64,000 nucleotides of DNA, taken from Pirellulales bacterium (GTDB taxonomy: Bacteria > Planctomycetota > Planctomycetia > Pirellulales > UBA1268). The position numbers and the translations under genes were made by a program. This document shows positions 30,385 through 40,500 of the stretch, piece after piece. Position 1 is the stretch's first letter. Every line of letters begins with the position of its first letter. The DNA is taken from the NCBI GenBank assembly GCA_044376405.1, contig JBILKZ010000004.1, positions 1,953 to 65,952 on the forward strand. Direction: 5' to 3'. The notes beneath the pieces were generated by a model. That model searched no databases. It had not been told where the DNA came from and worked only from the letters and a program-made list of their open reading frames with translations.

Positions 30385-31410
30385 ATGACCATCTCTGGCA
30401 GGAACGTCCGTCGTATGGCCGCGTCGCTCACCCGAGGCCGCCGCGTTCGCGGGGCCACGCTGGTCGAGATGCTGGTCGTCGTCGCCATCATCGGCGGGCT
30501 CGCCAGCCTCTTGCTGCCGGCGGTTCAGCAGGCCCGCGAGTCGTCTCGTCGCTCGCAGTGCCTCAATAATCTCAGGCAGATCGGTATCGGTTTCCACAAC
30601 TACTACGCGGCCAGGGATTGCTTTCCGACGACCGTTTCCGGTGGCGGAGCGATTCACTACTGGGCCGCGCAGATCCTGCCCTACGTCGATGAGAATCCGT
30701 TAGCGGGAATCTACGACTACAAGGTCGGCTGGAACAACGTGAACAACCGAGCGGCGGTGCAGACCGTGGTGAGATTCATGACTTGCCCATCGACCCCGGG
30801 CGGGCCCCTGGAGCACCCCAGGTTCAAGACGGGGACCCCGTCTTGGTCAGCTGTCGCCGCTGACTACGCAGGCTCGACAGGCCCGAGCAGCCGGTTGTGG
30901 ACGATTCTCCCGGCGACCATTTCGTCAGCGCAGCCCGCCATCATCGACGGCTTCTTCAAGGGAACCGCCAAGCCCGGCGTCAAAGGCAGGACTCTCAGCA
31001 AGATCACTGATGGGTCCTCCAAGACCGTGGCTGTCTACGAATCGGCAGCCCGGCCGCAGGTCTGGGCGTTCGGTGGCATGAGCCCCGATTCGGGCCTCGT
31101 CTCCAGCCCGACCGCGAAATACGTGAGCTTGTGCGGCTGGGCGGATCCGAACAGCTTCGATGTCTCGGGATTCGAGAGCGTCAGTCCGGGAGTCTACAAG
31201 GAGCCGGGGACAATCATGGTCAACGGCAGCAACAGCGCTGTCGGCAGCATTGGCGGTGGCGCACGCAGCGGCATCTACGCGTTCCACCCTGCCGGCGCAG
31301 ATCTGCTCTTCGCTGACGGCTCCGCACGCTTCGTCGATGACACCGTCGGGGCGGACGTTGTGGCAGCCATGCTCACCGCCCAGGGACAGGACTCCTTCAC
31401 GCTGCCCTGA
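30385..31410 (+). CDS. DUF1559 protein with prepilin-type leader
   Basis: Leader GATLVEMLVVVAIIGGLASLLLPAVQQARESSRRSQCLNNLRQIG. C-terminal FHPAGADLLFADGSARFV (H-X9-DG). Confidence 0.9.
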   Translation: MTISGRNVRRMAASLTRGRRVRGATLVEMLVVVAIIGGLASLLLPAVQQARESSRRSQCLNNLRQIGIGFHNYYAARDCFPTTVSGGGAIHYWAAQILPYVDENPLAGIYDYKVGWNNVNNRAAVQTVVRFMTCPSTPGGPLEHPRFKTGTPSWSAVAADYAGSTGPSSRLWTILPATISSAQPAIIDGFFKGTAKPGVKGRTLSKITDGSSKTVAVYESAARPQVWAFGGMSPDSGLVSSPTAKYVSLCGWADPNSFDVSGFESVSPGVYKEPGTIMVNGSNSAVGSIGGGARSGIYAFHPAGADLLFADGSARFVDDTVGADVVAAMLTAQGQDSFTLP

Positions 31411-31458
31411 TCGCGCCGTGAGACCCTCATCCCACAAGGCCCTACGAAGCCACCGTCC

Positions 31459-32727
31459 GTGAACCACCAAAGCGTGCCCCCCGTCTCGATTCCGACCCCG
31501 CTCCACTGCGGTCTCGCCGTGGCATTCCGCCGATGCGCATTGCTTGTCGCGATGGTCGCGGCCCACGCTGTGCCATCAGCGGCGTTGGCGGCCGAGCCGG
31601 CCGCCAACCATGGCGTGCCATCGAGGCCTGAGCGGACGGCAAGCGAGCGTGCAGACGCCGCGAGGCAGCTGCGGGAAGTCTATCGGGCAGCCCCCTCGAG
31701 TTGGCCGGCCCCCCATGTCGATCCCGGTGTCGAGTGGCGGGAGATCGGGCTCCTGCCGCCGGTTGTCCATCCCGAGTCCAACCCCTTGAGTAAAGGGAAG
31801 GTGACGCTCGGCAGGACACTGTTCCATGACGCCCGTCTGTCTGCCAGCGGCAAGATGGCGTGCGTCTCCTGCCATGAGCCGAGTCTTGGGTGGGCTGACA
31901 GTCGAACGTTGAGCCAGCCACACGCTCGGGCGCCAGGCAGGAACACCCCGACCATCCGCAACGTCGCGTATCAGTCGTTCCTGCTTTGGGATGGTCGAGC
32001 CTCGACACTCGAGCAACAGGCCGAGGAGGCCATCACCAACCCAGCGGAGATGGCCGCGAACGGCGACCACGTCGTGAGGGTGTTGTCTGAAAGCCCAGGC
32101 TACCGGAAGCTCTACAACACCGCGTTTCCGGGTCGACCGATCGAGTTCGCCCGGGCTCTCGAGGCGATTGCCTGCTTCGAGCGAACGGTCGTCGGGGGAC
32201 GGTCACGGTTCGACGACTTCATGCGAGGAAATGCCGCGGCACTCTCCGAGGAGGAACTCCTCGGACTCGACCTCTTTCGCCGTGACGCCCGGTGCATGCA
32301 CTGCCATCACGGCCCCCTCTTCAGCGACGGTCGCTTCCACGATCTTGGCCTGAGCTTCTATGGAAGAAGCAATGCCGATTCTGGCCGATACGGAGTCACT
32401 GGCGTGGCGGCCGACAACGGCCGCTTCCGCACACCGTCACTTCGGGACGTGACGCGGACCATGCCACTCATGCACAACGGCATGTTCGGGTTGACGGGAG
32501 TGCTGAACATGTACAACGCCGGGATGGTGACGCTCAAGCGACCGGCACAGCAGGACGATGATCCGATCTTTCCGGTGAAGTCGCCGCTTTTGAAGCCCCT
32601 CGGCCTCAATCGACAGGACCTCGCCGATCTCGCCGCTTTTCTCGGAGCGCTCACGGAGCCGCGTCATCGGGAAGTGCCACCGGCACTGCCGGAGATTGAT
32701 GGAGCAGGCGACACCGCGGAGCGATGA
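31459..32727 (+). CDS. di-haem cytochrome c peroxidase (CcpA/MauG family)
   Basis: Two CxxCH haem motifs (CVSCH, CMHCH). Family motifs include RNTPTIRN, LWDGRA, FRTPSLRDV and PLMHNGMF. Confidence 0.9.
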   Translation: MNHQSVPPVSIPTPLHCGLAVAFRRCALLVAMVAAHAVPSAALAAEPAANHGVPSRPERTASERADAARQLREVYRAAPSSWPAPHVDPGVEWREIGLLPPVVHPESNPLSKGKVTLGRTLFHDARLSASGKMACVSCHEPSLGWADSRTLSQPHARAPGRNTPTIRNVAYQSFLLWDGRASTLEQQAEEAITNPAEMAANGDHVVRVLSESPGYRKLYNTAFPGRPIEFARALEAIACFERTVVGGRSRFDDFMRGNAAALSEEELLGLDLFRRDARCMHCHHGPLFSDGRFHDLGLSFYGRSNADSGRYGVTGVAADNGRFRTPSLRDVTRTMPLMHNGMFGLTGVLNMYNAGMVTLKRPAQQDDDPIFPVKSPLLKPLGLNRQDLADLAAFLGALTEPRHREVPPALPEIDGAGDTAER

Positions 32728-35700
32728 ACATCGGCGGGGGATGTCGCAGGATTCGACGCGACTGCTTTTGTCAACGTGCGAGCCGCCGCAGCTCGCCGTG
32801 CGGTCACGATCTCCGCATTGGAGAGCCCCCAGATCCTCACCGCACCGTCAGTAGCCGCGGCCACAATCCGGGTACCGTCAGGGCTGAGGGCGACGGCCTT
32901 CGGGTAATCCCGCTGCCCGGGCAAGGTGGCGAGTTCCTGCCCGAGCGCCGGGTCCCAGATGCGGACCGTGCCGTCGGTGGCGGCCGTGATGATCCTGCGA
33001 CCATCGGGCGTGAACATCACCTTCTCCACGGAGTCTTCGTGCCCCTGCAACACGCGAATGGTTTGGGCGGAGCTGGTATCCCAGAGGCCTACGGTGCCAT
33101 CCATCCCGCCCGTCACCATCTGCGTGCTGTCCTGACAAAAAGAAATCGACCGTACGCTGCCATAGTGGGCCGTGACTCTCGCCAGCAGACTGCCGGTGGC
33201 CAAGTCGTTGAGATAGAGGCTGCCGATCGCCATGCCACTGGCCAGAATCCGGCCATCCGGGCTCACTGCAAGAGATGTCATGCGGCCGTGCGGTGACAGG
33301 CCTGCCACCACTATGCCAGTGGTGCCGTCGAGCAGTTTGGCATTGTTGAAAGCGATCCGGCTGCCGCCAAGCCCGAACACGGCGCCGACGTCCCGAGACG
33401 ATGAACGAAGGCTGGCGGTTTCCGCCACGAGCCGGCGTCCTGTGCTCAGATTCCAGACCATCATCGTGGCATCGGCTGACGTCGTCAGGAGACGTTCACC
33501 GTCGGGGCTAAAGGCCACCGCGACCTCGCCCCTTCCATCCTCCCCGAAATCGTGCAGTTGTTCCCCAGTATCCGTCCTCCAGACACGGACGCCTCCGGAC
33601 TGCCGCGGTGATGTGAATGCGGCTGCCAACTGACTGCCGTCTGGGCTGTACGCGAGATGGGCGACGGTGCCCCCTGCGCCGTCGAGCGAGCACACTCGCT
33701 CGACGGTCCGCGGGTTCCAGAGCTCGATGGAACCAGTGTCCTTCGATGCCACCGCCAACTGCTCGCCATTCGGGCTGAAGGCGGCAGCTGTCATCCCGCG
33801 GAGCCCTGTCAGCACCGCCAACGGCTCGGTAGTCGTACGCGACCAGACTCGCACCGTCCCGTCGGCCGAGCCGGAGGCGATCGTGTCGCCGTCGGGGCTG
33901 AACGCAAGAGCCCTGATGCCGCCATCGTGGCCGATCAACTCACGCACCAGAGCGAATGTGTGCGAATTCCAAAGGCGAATGTGGCCGTTTACCGCGCCGC
34001 TGGCGATCTGGCTCCCATCAGGACTGAAGGCGACGTTGCTGACGCTCGCGGAATGGCCGCACAGCCTGCCGAGCGACGCCCCACTGGCAATATCCCAGAT
34101 GGAAAGATCCTGTTGATCGGAGGCCGTAACCAGACGGCTACCGTCAGGACTGAAATCCAGTGGAATCGGCTCTCGACTCATCCAGTTGGAGATATCGACG
34201 GTAGACATACGACTGCCGTCCGCAGTGTCGGAGACGATCAGGTCGAGCCGACGTTGGTCATCTCGTGTCAGGACCGCGAGCCGAGAGCCCTCGGGACTAA
34301 ATCGGAATGACGTAGGCCCAGAGTCGGTCCTTTCGTATCTGCCGAGGAGTCTGCCGCTGCCGGCGTTCCAGAGCCCAAGATTTGCCTTGGCGTCGATGGT
34401 GACCAGCCGGCCACCATCAGGGCTGAACGCCATGCGATGGATTCGGCCGACTTCTCCATTGAGGACCACCTCAGTCTTGCCCGTCGACTTGTCCACGATA
34501 CGCATGCCACCATCGCGGGTACTCACCGCGAGGCGTCGGCCATCCGGGCTGAGGGGCAGCGGCTGGACTGAATCGGTCAGGCGAATGCCCAACTCGACTG
34601 CAGCAGGGCCAACGGGACCTGTCGGACGAATGCCCAACTCGACTGCAGCAGGGCCAACGGGACCTGTCGGACGAATGCCCAACGCGACTGCAGCGATGCT
34701 GCGGGCGGCCCATTGCTGCAGCGACTCATCGTCACACGCCGGCAACGTGTCGTACTGGTACCCACTTCCAACGCGAAAGCACATGAGCGACCGAGCAAGG
34801 TACATCCACGTGTCGCGGCCATTTCCAAAGAGCAGCCGCATTCCCTCAGGCGTCGTTGACACCTGCGGGATGTTTCGTCCGTCCGCTGTGGTTACGGCAA
34901 GAGCTGTTCCCTCCGCATTGTAGGCGAGGCCGTAGATGATCCCCGGTTGTGAGGCGACGACGGCGAGCGAGTTGTCGAGCTGCGCCCCCAAGCAGTGCAT
35001 CTCAATCGGAAGCGGAGATCCCGCGAGCTCGAGATTTCTCGCATACAGTTGTCGTGCAGCCCGGTTATTTTTTGTTTCGAGATATGACTGAAGAGCCCGC
35101 AGGTTCGCCGCATAGGCCTGCCGCCGTGAGGTGTCTGCCTCCGCGTCTGCCCGCGTCTTTTCTCGGCGGGCCACCTCACGCTCGTCCGCGGCCACACGTG
35201 CCAGGCCGACGGCGTCTTTCCTGGCCGCATTCGCCCGCAAAGCGAACACCGAGATGCCCACAATGGCCATGACGAGTGAGGCCGCCACGCCCACGGTCGC
35301 CAGGGCCGCCAGCCGGTGCCGCCGGGCCAGCCTCGCGACCGAGTCGAGCAGCCGCGGCGGGCTCGCGTTGATCGGCTCACCGCGGAGATGCCGCCCCAGA
35401 TCAGCCGCCAGTTCAGAGGCGCTTGAATACCTTCGGCCGCAATCTTTCTCCAGGCACTTCGCGATGATCGTATCGAGATCGCCGCGGAGCCTCGGGCTGA
35501 CGCTCGAAAGCGATCGCGGCTCGAACTCTTTCACGACACGGGCCACCTCGTAGACCGGCCGCTTCGCAATGTCGTAGGGCAGACGGCCCGCGAGCAGTTC
35601 GTAGAGCACCACTCCGAGCGCATAGACATCGGTCCGGACGTCGAGAGCGTCGGCCACTCCGTCGAATTGCTCGGGGGCCATGTAGGAGAGCGTGCCCACG

Positions 35701-36350
35701 AGCTGCCCGATGTCGGTATGCATCGTGGTAAGGGCCGTGTGGCCATCGGTGTTTCGTGCCAAGCCGAAGTCGATGATCTTCGGTCGCCCCGCCGAATCGA
35801 TCAGGATGTTGCCCGGCTTCAAGTCCCTATGGATGACGCCGTTCTGATGGCCGTGCGCGACCGCCTGACAGGCCTCGCAGAAGAGCGTGACGCGGTCGCG
35901 GATGGAGAGACTCCGCTGCGTCGCATAGCCGGTGATCGTGAGGGCATCCTGGATGTATTCCATCACGAAGTAGGGCACTTCGCCACCGGGCAGCCGCTCC
36001 AAGCCCACCGAGTAGATGCGGCAGATGCCGGGGTGGGTGAGTCGGCCCAGGATCTGCGCCTCGTGCTTGAACCGCTTCGCGGCCGTCGGGGAGAACACGC
36101 CAGGGCGGATCACCTTCACGGCGACCGTCCGGCAGGGCATCCCCTGCAGCCCTTCATACACCTGCCCCATACCTCCCTCGTCGACGATCCGGACGATCGT
36201 CACGTCTCCCAGCCTCGAGCCGGGGACGAGTTGTCCTGCACCGGGTGCAGCCCGTCCCCCCATGAACTGGCTCAGACCGGCAAAGCTCAACACCGAGTCG
36301 CCGATCGACTGGCCATCCGGGATCGAGGCGTCTACGTCAGGTCGTTCCAT
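32664..36350 (-). CDS. Ser/Thr protein kinase with TM segment, coiled-coil region and multiple C-terminal WD40 repeats
   Basis: Hanks kinase motifs (VAVKV, HRDLKPGNILI, DFGLAR, APEQ). TM helix LAALATVGVAASLVMAIVGISVFAL. More than 12 WD40-like units (e.g. GHSASVSNVAFSPDGSQIASGAVNGHIRLWN). Confidence 0.9.
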   Translation of the reverse strand: MERPDVDASIPDGQSIGDSVLSFAGLSQFMGGRAAPGAGQLVPGSRLGDVTIVRIVDEGGMGQVYEGLQGMPCRTVAVKVIRPGVFSPTAAKRFKHEAQILGRLTHPGICRIYSVGLERLPGGEVPYFVMEYIQDALTITGYATQRSLSIRDRVTLFCEACQAVAHGHQNGVIHRDLKPGNILIDSAGRPKIIDFGLARNTDGHTALTTMHTDIGQLVGTLSYMAPEQFDGVADALDVRTDVYALGVVLYELLAGRLPYDIAKRPVYEVARVVKEFEPRSLSSVSPRLRGDLDTIIAKCLEKDCGRRYSSASELAADLGRHLRGEPINASPPRLLDSVARLARRHRLAALATVGVAASLVMAIVGISVFALRANAARKDAVGLARVAADEREVARREKTRADAEADTSRRQAYAANLRALQSYLETKNNRAARQLYARNLELAGSPLPIEMHCLGAQLDNSLAVVASQPGIIYGLAYNAEGTALAVTTADGRNIPQVSTTPEGMRLLFGNGRDTWMYLARSLMCFRVGSGYQYDTLPACDDESLQQWAARSIAAVALGIRPTGPVGPAAVELGIRPTGPVGPAAVELGIRLTDSVQPLPLSPDGRRLAVSTRDGGMRIVDKSTGKTEVVLNGEVGRIHRMAFSPDGGRLVTIDAKANLGLWNAGSGRLLGRYERTDSGPTSFRFSPEGSRLAVLTRDDQRRLDLIVSDTADGSRMSTVDISNWMSREPIPLDFSPDGSRLVTASDQQDLSIWDIASGASLGRLCGHSASVSNVAFSPDGSQIASGAVNGHIRLWNSHTFALVRELIGHDGGIRALAFSPDGDTIASGSADGTVRVWSRTTTEPLAVLTGLRGMTAAAFSPNGEQLAVASKDTGSIELWNPRTVERVCSLDGAGGTVAHLAYSPDGSQLAAAFTSPRQSGGVRVWRTDTGEQLHDFGEDGRGEVAVAFSPDGERLLTTSADATMMVWNLSTGRRLVAETASLRSSSRDVGAVFGLGGSRIAFNNAKLLDGTTGIVVAGLSPHGRMTSLAVSPDGRILASGMAIGSLYLNDLATGSLLARVTAHYGSVRSISFCQDSTQMVTGGMDGTVGLWDTSSAQTIRVLQGHEDSVEKVMFTPDGRRIITAATDGTVRIWDPALGQELATLPGQRDYPKAVALSPDGTRIVAAATDGAVRIWGLSNAEIVTARRAAAARTLTKAVASNPATSPADVHRSAVSPAPSISGSAGGTSR
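34581..34694 (-). repeat. in-frame 45-nt tandem repeat, about 2.5 copies, inside the kinase-WD40 gene
   Basis: The plus-strand unit gaatgcccaactcgactgcagcagggccaacgggacctgtcggac occurs twice perfectly (34583-34627 and 34628-34672), with a partial third copy. It encodes AAV(A/E)LGIRPTGPVGP twice plus AAVELGIR. Confidence 0.85.
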
Positions 36351-36386
36351 GGGAGAGGATCCCTACCATCGCTCTTACCGTCGCTC

Positions 36387-36734
36387 TTACCCTCGCCTGC
36401 GCGACAGCATGAACTCGTTGCCCTCGGGATCGACGCACATCGCTAGATGCGGCGGCTCGCCGTTCTCCGGTTCGGGCTCGCGGACGACCTGTCCGCCGGC
36501 GGCCACCACCTCCCGCGCCCCGACGATGACATCGGGCACCTGAAAGCTCAGGCCGGTCCACGTCCGCTTTCCCTCGCCGCCGGAGTGGATGCCGATGACC
36601 GACCCGAGAATCTCGACCTCGGCGATCACGCTGTTCTGTTTGAGCACGCGGCCGCCGCAGAGGTCGCGGTAGAATGCCACCGCCCGATCCATGTCGGCGG
36701 CCCAGATGACGTACTTCACGCGTTCGACGTTCAT
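36387..36734 (-). CDS. VOC (glyoxalase/bleomycin-resistance fold) family protein
   Basis: Trimmed to the ATG at 36734: MNVERVKYVIWAADMDRAVAFYRDL...VDPEGNEFML, a typical single VOC module. Stops 36 nt upstream of the kinase gene on the same strand. Confidence 0.8.
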   Translation of the reverse strand: MNVERVKYVIWAADMDRAVAFYRDLCGGRVLKQNSVIAEVEILGSVIGIHSGGEGKRTWTGLSFQVPDVIVGAREVVAAGGQVVREPEPENGEPPHLAMCVDPEGNEFMLSRRRG

Positions 36735-36866
36735 CGCGGCAGTATACATACAACGGAGAGAAGTGCTCCATCTGCTCCACCCAAGCCCGCAGCGCAAGCA
36801 AGGGAAAACGCGGTGCATCACCCAGCAATCAGGCCCGGATTCCCTCGCTGAGGCGTCGGGCTTCGG

Positions 36867-37034
36867 TCACGGATCTCGGTGCGGCCCCTGCGGTATCGGC
36901 GGGGGCGGGGGCGGCTTGATCTGGCCTCGCCAGGGCACCGACGATTTCTGTTTTCGGCCCGTCGGTTTTGCCAACAGCACGGCGATGCCAGCCAGAATGG
37001 CAAGCAGGATCGAGAGCCAGAATCGGGTCGGCAT
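36867..37034 (-). CDS. possible small membrane protein (55 aa)
   Basis: Internal ATG of track ORF 36867-37148. [23 protein letters not shown] (TM helix), then a basic and poly-Pro tail. No RBS seen. Weak call. Confidence 0.3.
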   Translation of the reverse strand: MPTRFWLSILLAILAGIAVLLAKPTGRKQKSSVPWRGQIKPPPPPPIPQGPHRDP

Positions 37035-37141
37035 GGGAGCGTGCCGTGGGGGCAAAGGGGTGAATGTCGGGCTGCCGGGCGGCCTGTGGGGGACCTGAGT
37101 GTAGACTGTCCGCGACGGTGGCTGAAACACGGAGGTTCGCG

Positions 37142-37396
37142 ATGGCACCCTACCGCGATGACGATGATGACGGCGACGACGACTGGGATGACGACGTCGA
37201 CAGCAGTGACGATTCCGCCGACGAGGCGACTGTTCCCTGCCCCTATTGCCGGCGCGAAATCCTCGAGGATTCGCCCCGCTGTCCTCATTGCGAGCGATAC
37301 CTTTCCGCGGAAGATTCGCCTCCGCCGCGAAAGCCCCTGTGGGTCATCGCCACGGCCCTGATTTGCCTGGCGATCGTCCTCTGGTGGCTGGCCTGA
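37142..37396 (+). CDS. acidic zinc-ribbon membrane protein (84 aa)
   Basis: ATG at 37142 with a GGAGG RBS. Poly-acidic N-terminus (DDDDDGDDDWDDDVDSSDDSADE), a Cys4 ribbon CPYC-x10-CPHC and a C-terminal TM helix WVIATALICLAIVLWWLA. Confidence 0.65.
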   Translation: MAPYRDDDDDGDDDWDDDVDSSDDSADEATVPCPYCRREILEDSPRCPHCERYLSAEDSPPPRKPLWVIATALICLAIVLWWLA

Positions 37397-37501
37397 CAGC
37401 ACGGGGCGGACCAAGGTTGTCCGTCGCGCCACGCACACTTCTCGGACAGTGGGGAAGCAACTGCGTCCAGCCGGCCCCCCCTTTGCTACCCTATCACAGC
37501 C

Positions 37502-40500
37502 ATGCCACTCCAGATCCACTCCGTCGATCGACTCGCGGACGTCATCGAGCCCGCTGTCGACTTCCTCAGCCGGGATGCCGATCTGTTTGCGCGGCAGCGG
37601 ATCGTCGTGCCGACGGCGGGGGCGAAGGCGTGGCTCTATGCAGAGCTTGCGAAGCGGCTCGGGGCGAGCGGCGAGAAGGCGGGCGACGGGATCATCGCCA
37701 ACATCGAGATCTCGTTTCCCGGTTCGATCACGGCCCTGCTGCAGCCGTCCCGCGGGAAGACTCCCGACGCCTGGTCTCTGGATCGGCTCACGTTCGCGGT
37801 CCTCGGGGTCATCACCAGCCGCACCGACCTTCAACTCCCGTTTGCCTCTGATGCGGAGCCGCTGCTCGCCGCGCGACGGCTCGCGGCCCTCTTCGACAAC
37901 TACCATGTCCGCCGGTCCGGCATGATCCTGCGGTGGGAGCAGGGAGACCCCGTGGTCAGCCCGACCGCTGCCGACGTGGTTCGTGATGGTGAACGTGAGA
38001 CGCCGGGGCTCGATGCTGCCGATCACTGGCAGTTCGACCTCTGGCGTGCGGTGCGTCAGCACATCGGCACGCCATCGCCGCCGGCCCGCATGAGTCTTGC
38101 ACACCAGGCGAGCCATGAACCGCTGCTCGTGGCCGGCCTGCAGTCGCTCTCGCTGTATCAGTGGCAGTGCCTCGAACAGCTCGGCAGTGCGTGCGATGTG
38201 CGGGTGCTGCTCGTGCATCCCTCGCCGGGCCTGCGTGCCCGCTGGACACAGACATTGCCACAGCCGTCGCAGGACAGGCTCCCCCTGCGACGCAGCCCGG
38301 AGCCCGAGTTTCTGGACGGCGTCGATCAGCTCCTGCCGGTCTGGCTGGCTGGGGCCAAGGAACTGCAGCACCTGCTCGCGTCACAGGGCGTCGGCATCGA
38401 CGAGCCGCCTGCTGCTGCTCCTGAGACGATCCCCGACACGCTGCTCGGCCGCATGCAGCAGACGACCGCCACCGGCGGTGAGGCCGTCGCCAGGCATCAC
38501 GACCCCGCCACGGACCGCTCGATCGCGATCCATCGGTGCCATAGCCTGTCGCGCCAGGCCGAGGTGCTTCACGATGCGATCCTGCAGGCTTTTCAGGATA
38601 TCGAGGGTCTGGCGCCTCATGAGGTTGTGATCGTCAGCCCCTGCCTGGAGAAGGCGGCACCGCACCTCGAGGCGGTCTTCCAGCGGACCGTGCCGGGCCG
38701 CGGCAGCGACGACATCCAACGCAAGATCAGGCTGCCTCTGGTCGTCGCCGATCGTGGCATTCGCGAGGTCAGCGAGGCGGCCGATCTGCTGGTGGACCTG
38801 CTTTCCCTGCCCGGATCTCGCTGCTCCGTGGATGACGTGCTCGGTGTGGCGGGCCATCCCCTGGTGCGGGCACACTTCGATGCCAACGACGACACCGAGT
38901 CGCTCTGGGCCGACCTCACGACGCGGACACAGGTTCGCTGGGGTCTCGATGAAGGCCACCGCGCACGCCGCGGCCTCGAACTCGCGACCTTCGCGGACCT
39001 GCATACGTGGCAGCTCGGGCTCGAGGGCATGCTCCTTGGCGCGACGCTCCCGGACGCGCTGCCACGGCCCGAGCTCGGCGGGGTCGTGCCGCTTGCCGGC
39101 CTCGATCCCGCCGACATCCCGGCGATCGCCACCCTGGTGCGGATCATCGACGTGATCCGCGCGCTCGAGGCGGTCACGGCTGCCAGCCGATCCGTGGCCG
39201 AATGGTGCGACGCGATCGAGGCGGCTCTGGTCGGCCTCTGTGGTGACGAGTGCGGGGAACTCACCGAGCCGCTCGCCCAATTGCGAAGGCTGCGTGAGGC
39301 TGCGGCGGGGACTGCCGCCGAATCGACTCCCGTTCCCTTCGACGACGTCCGGCAGATGCTCGCGGCGTGGTTCGAGGAGACGCCCGGGCGGCAGCCGCTC
39401 CGGACCGGTGCGATCACCGCCACGTCGATGGTGCCCCTCCGTGGCGTGCCCTTCAAGGTGGTGTGCGTGATTGGGTATGACGACGGTGCCGTCGGCGTTT
39501 CGGAGGCGGAGGGAGAGGACCTCGTCGGCCGGCAGCAGCTTGTGGGGGATGTCGATCCGCGGACCGACGAGCGTCGGGCGCTCCTCGACTGTCTGCTCGC
39601 CGCCCAGAACCGCCTCGTGATCACGTGTAACGGTCGGAGTATCAAGAACAACCAGCCGCTGCCGCTGGTCACGCCCCTGGCCGAGTTGGTCGATTTCGCG
39701 GTCAGGCATGGCGTTGACCGCAAGAAGCTCGATGACGCGAGCGGCATCGAGATCGGCCACCCCCGTCACCATCTCAGCCACAGGAATTTCGAGATGGGCG
39801 GCGTGCAGAAGGGCGTGATCTGGAGCCATGATGCGAACGCGGCCACGGTCTCGCAGGCCCTTGGGGCAACCGTCGGAAGAACCGACCATCCGAGCACGAC
39901 GACCGACGCTCGTCCTGCGGCACCAGCCACCGCTTTGCCACCCGACGGCACAGGCGAGCACGAGCCTCTTGTGGTCGAGCTGTCGCTTCTCGAAAGGATG
40001 GTGGCGGATCCGCTGAAGCTCTACCTGGAGGAGACGCTCGGCATCGACACATGGCGGACGGATGAGCAGGCCACGCCGGCCACGTTCTCGCTCACGCTCG
40101 AGAAGCGGGAGGTCCGCGCGCTCACGCTGGAGCTGCTGCACGCACTCTTGGCGGATGCCGGGGCGGCGACCGCCTGGATCGAGTCGGTCAGGCAGAGTGG
40201 TCGGCTGCCCTTCGGCCCGCATGGCGACCGGCAGCTCGACGAGATCGTGCAGCTGGCCCATGGCCTCTGCGCCGGACTGGCGGCGATGAACCTGGGCCTT
40301 GCCGCGATCGTCACCCGACCGATCAACGGGATTGACCTGGGTGGTTGTCGCCTGGTGGGCCACCTCGGCGACGTCCATCCAACGTCGCGGCAGCTGGTGA
40401 TCGTGACGGCACGCGAGGCCGACAAAGATTCGTCGGGCCGTCCCTTGCACAGAGCCGCCCTCCAACTCCTCGTGGCGCAGGCCGCCGGCCTCGACGTCAC

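Noticed and set aside
34581-34694. 45-nt direct repeats considered as a possible CRISPR array
   Set aside because: The units are contiguous with no spacers, in frame inside a long kinase-WD40 ORF, and no cas genes are nearby.
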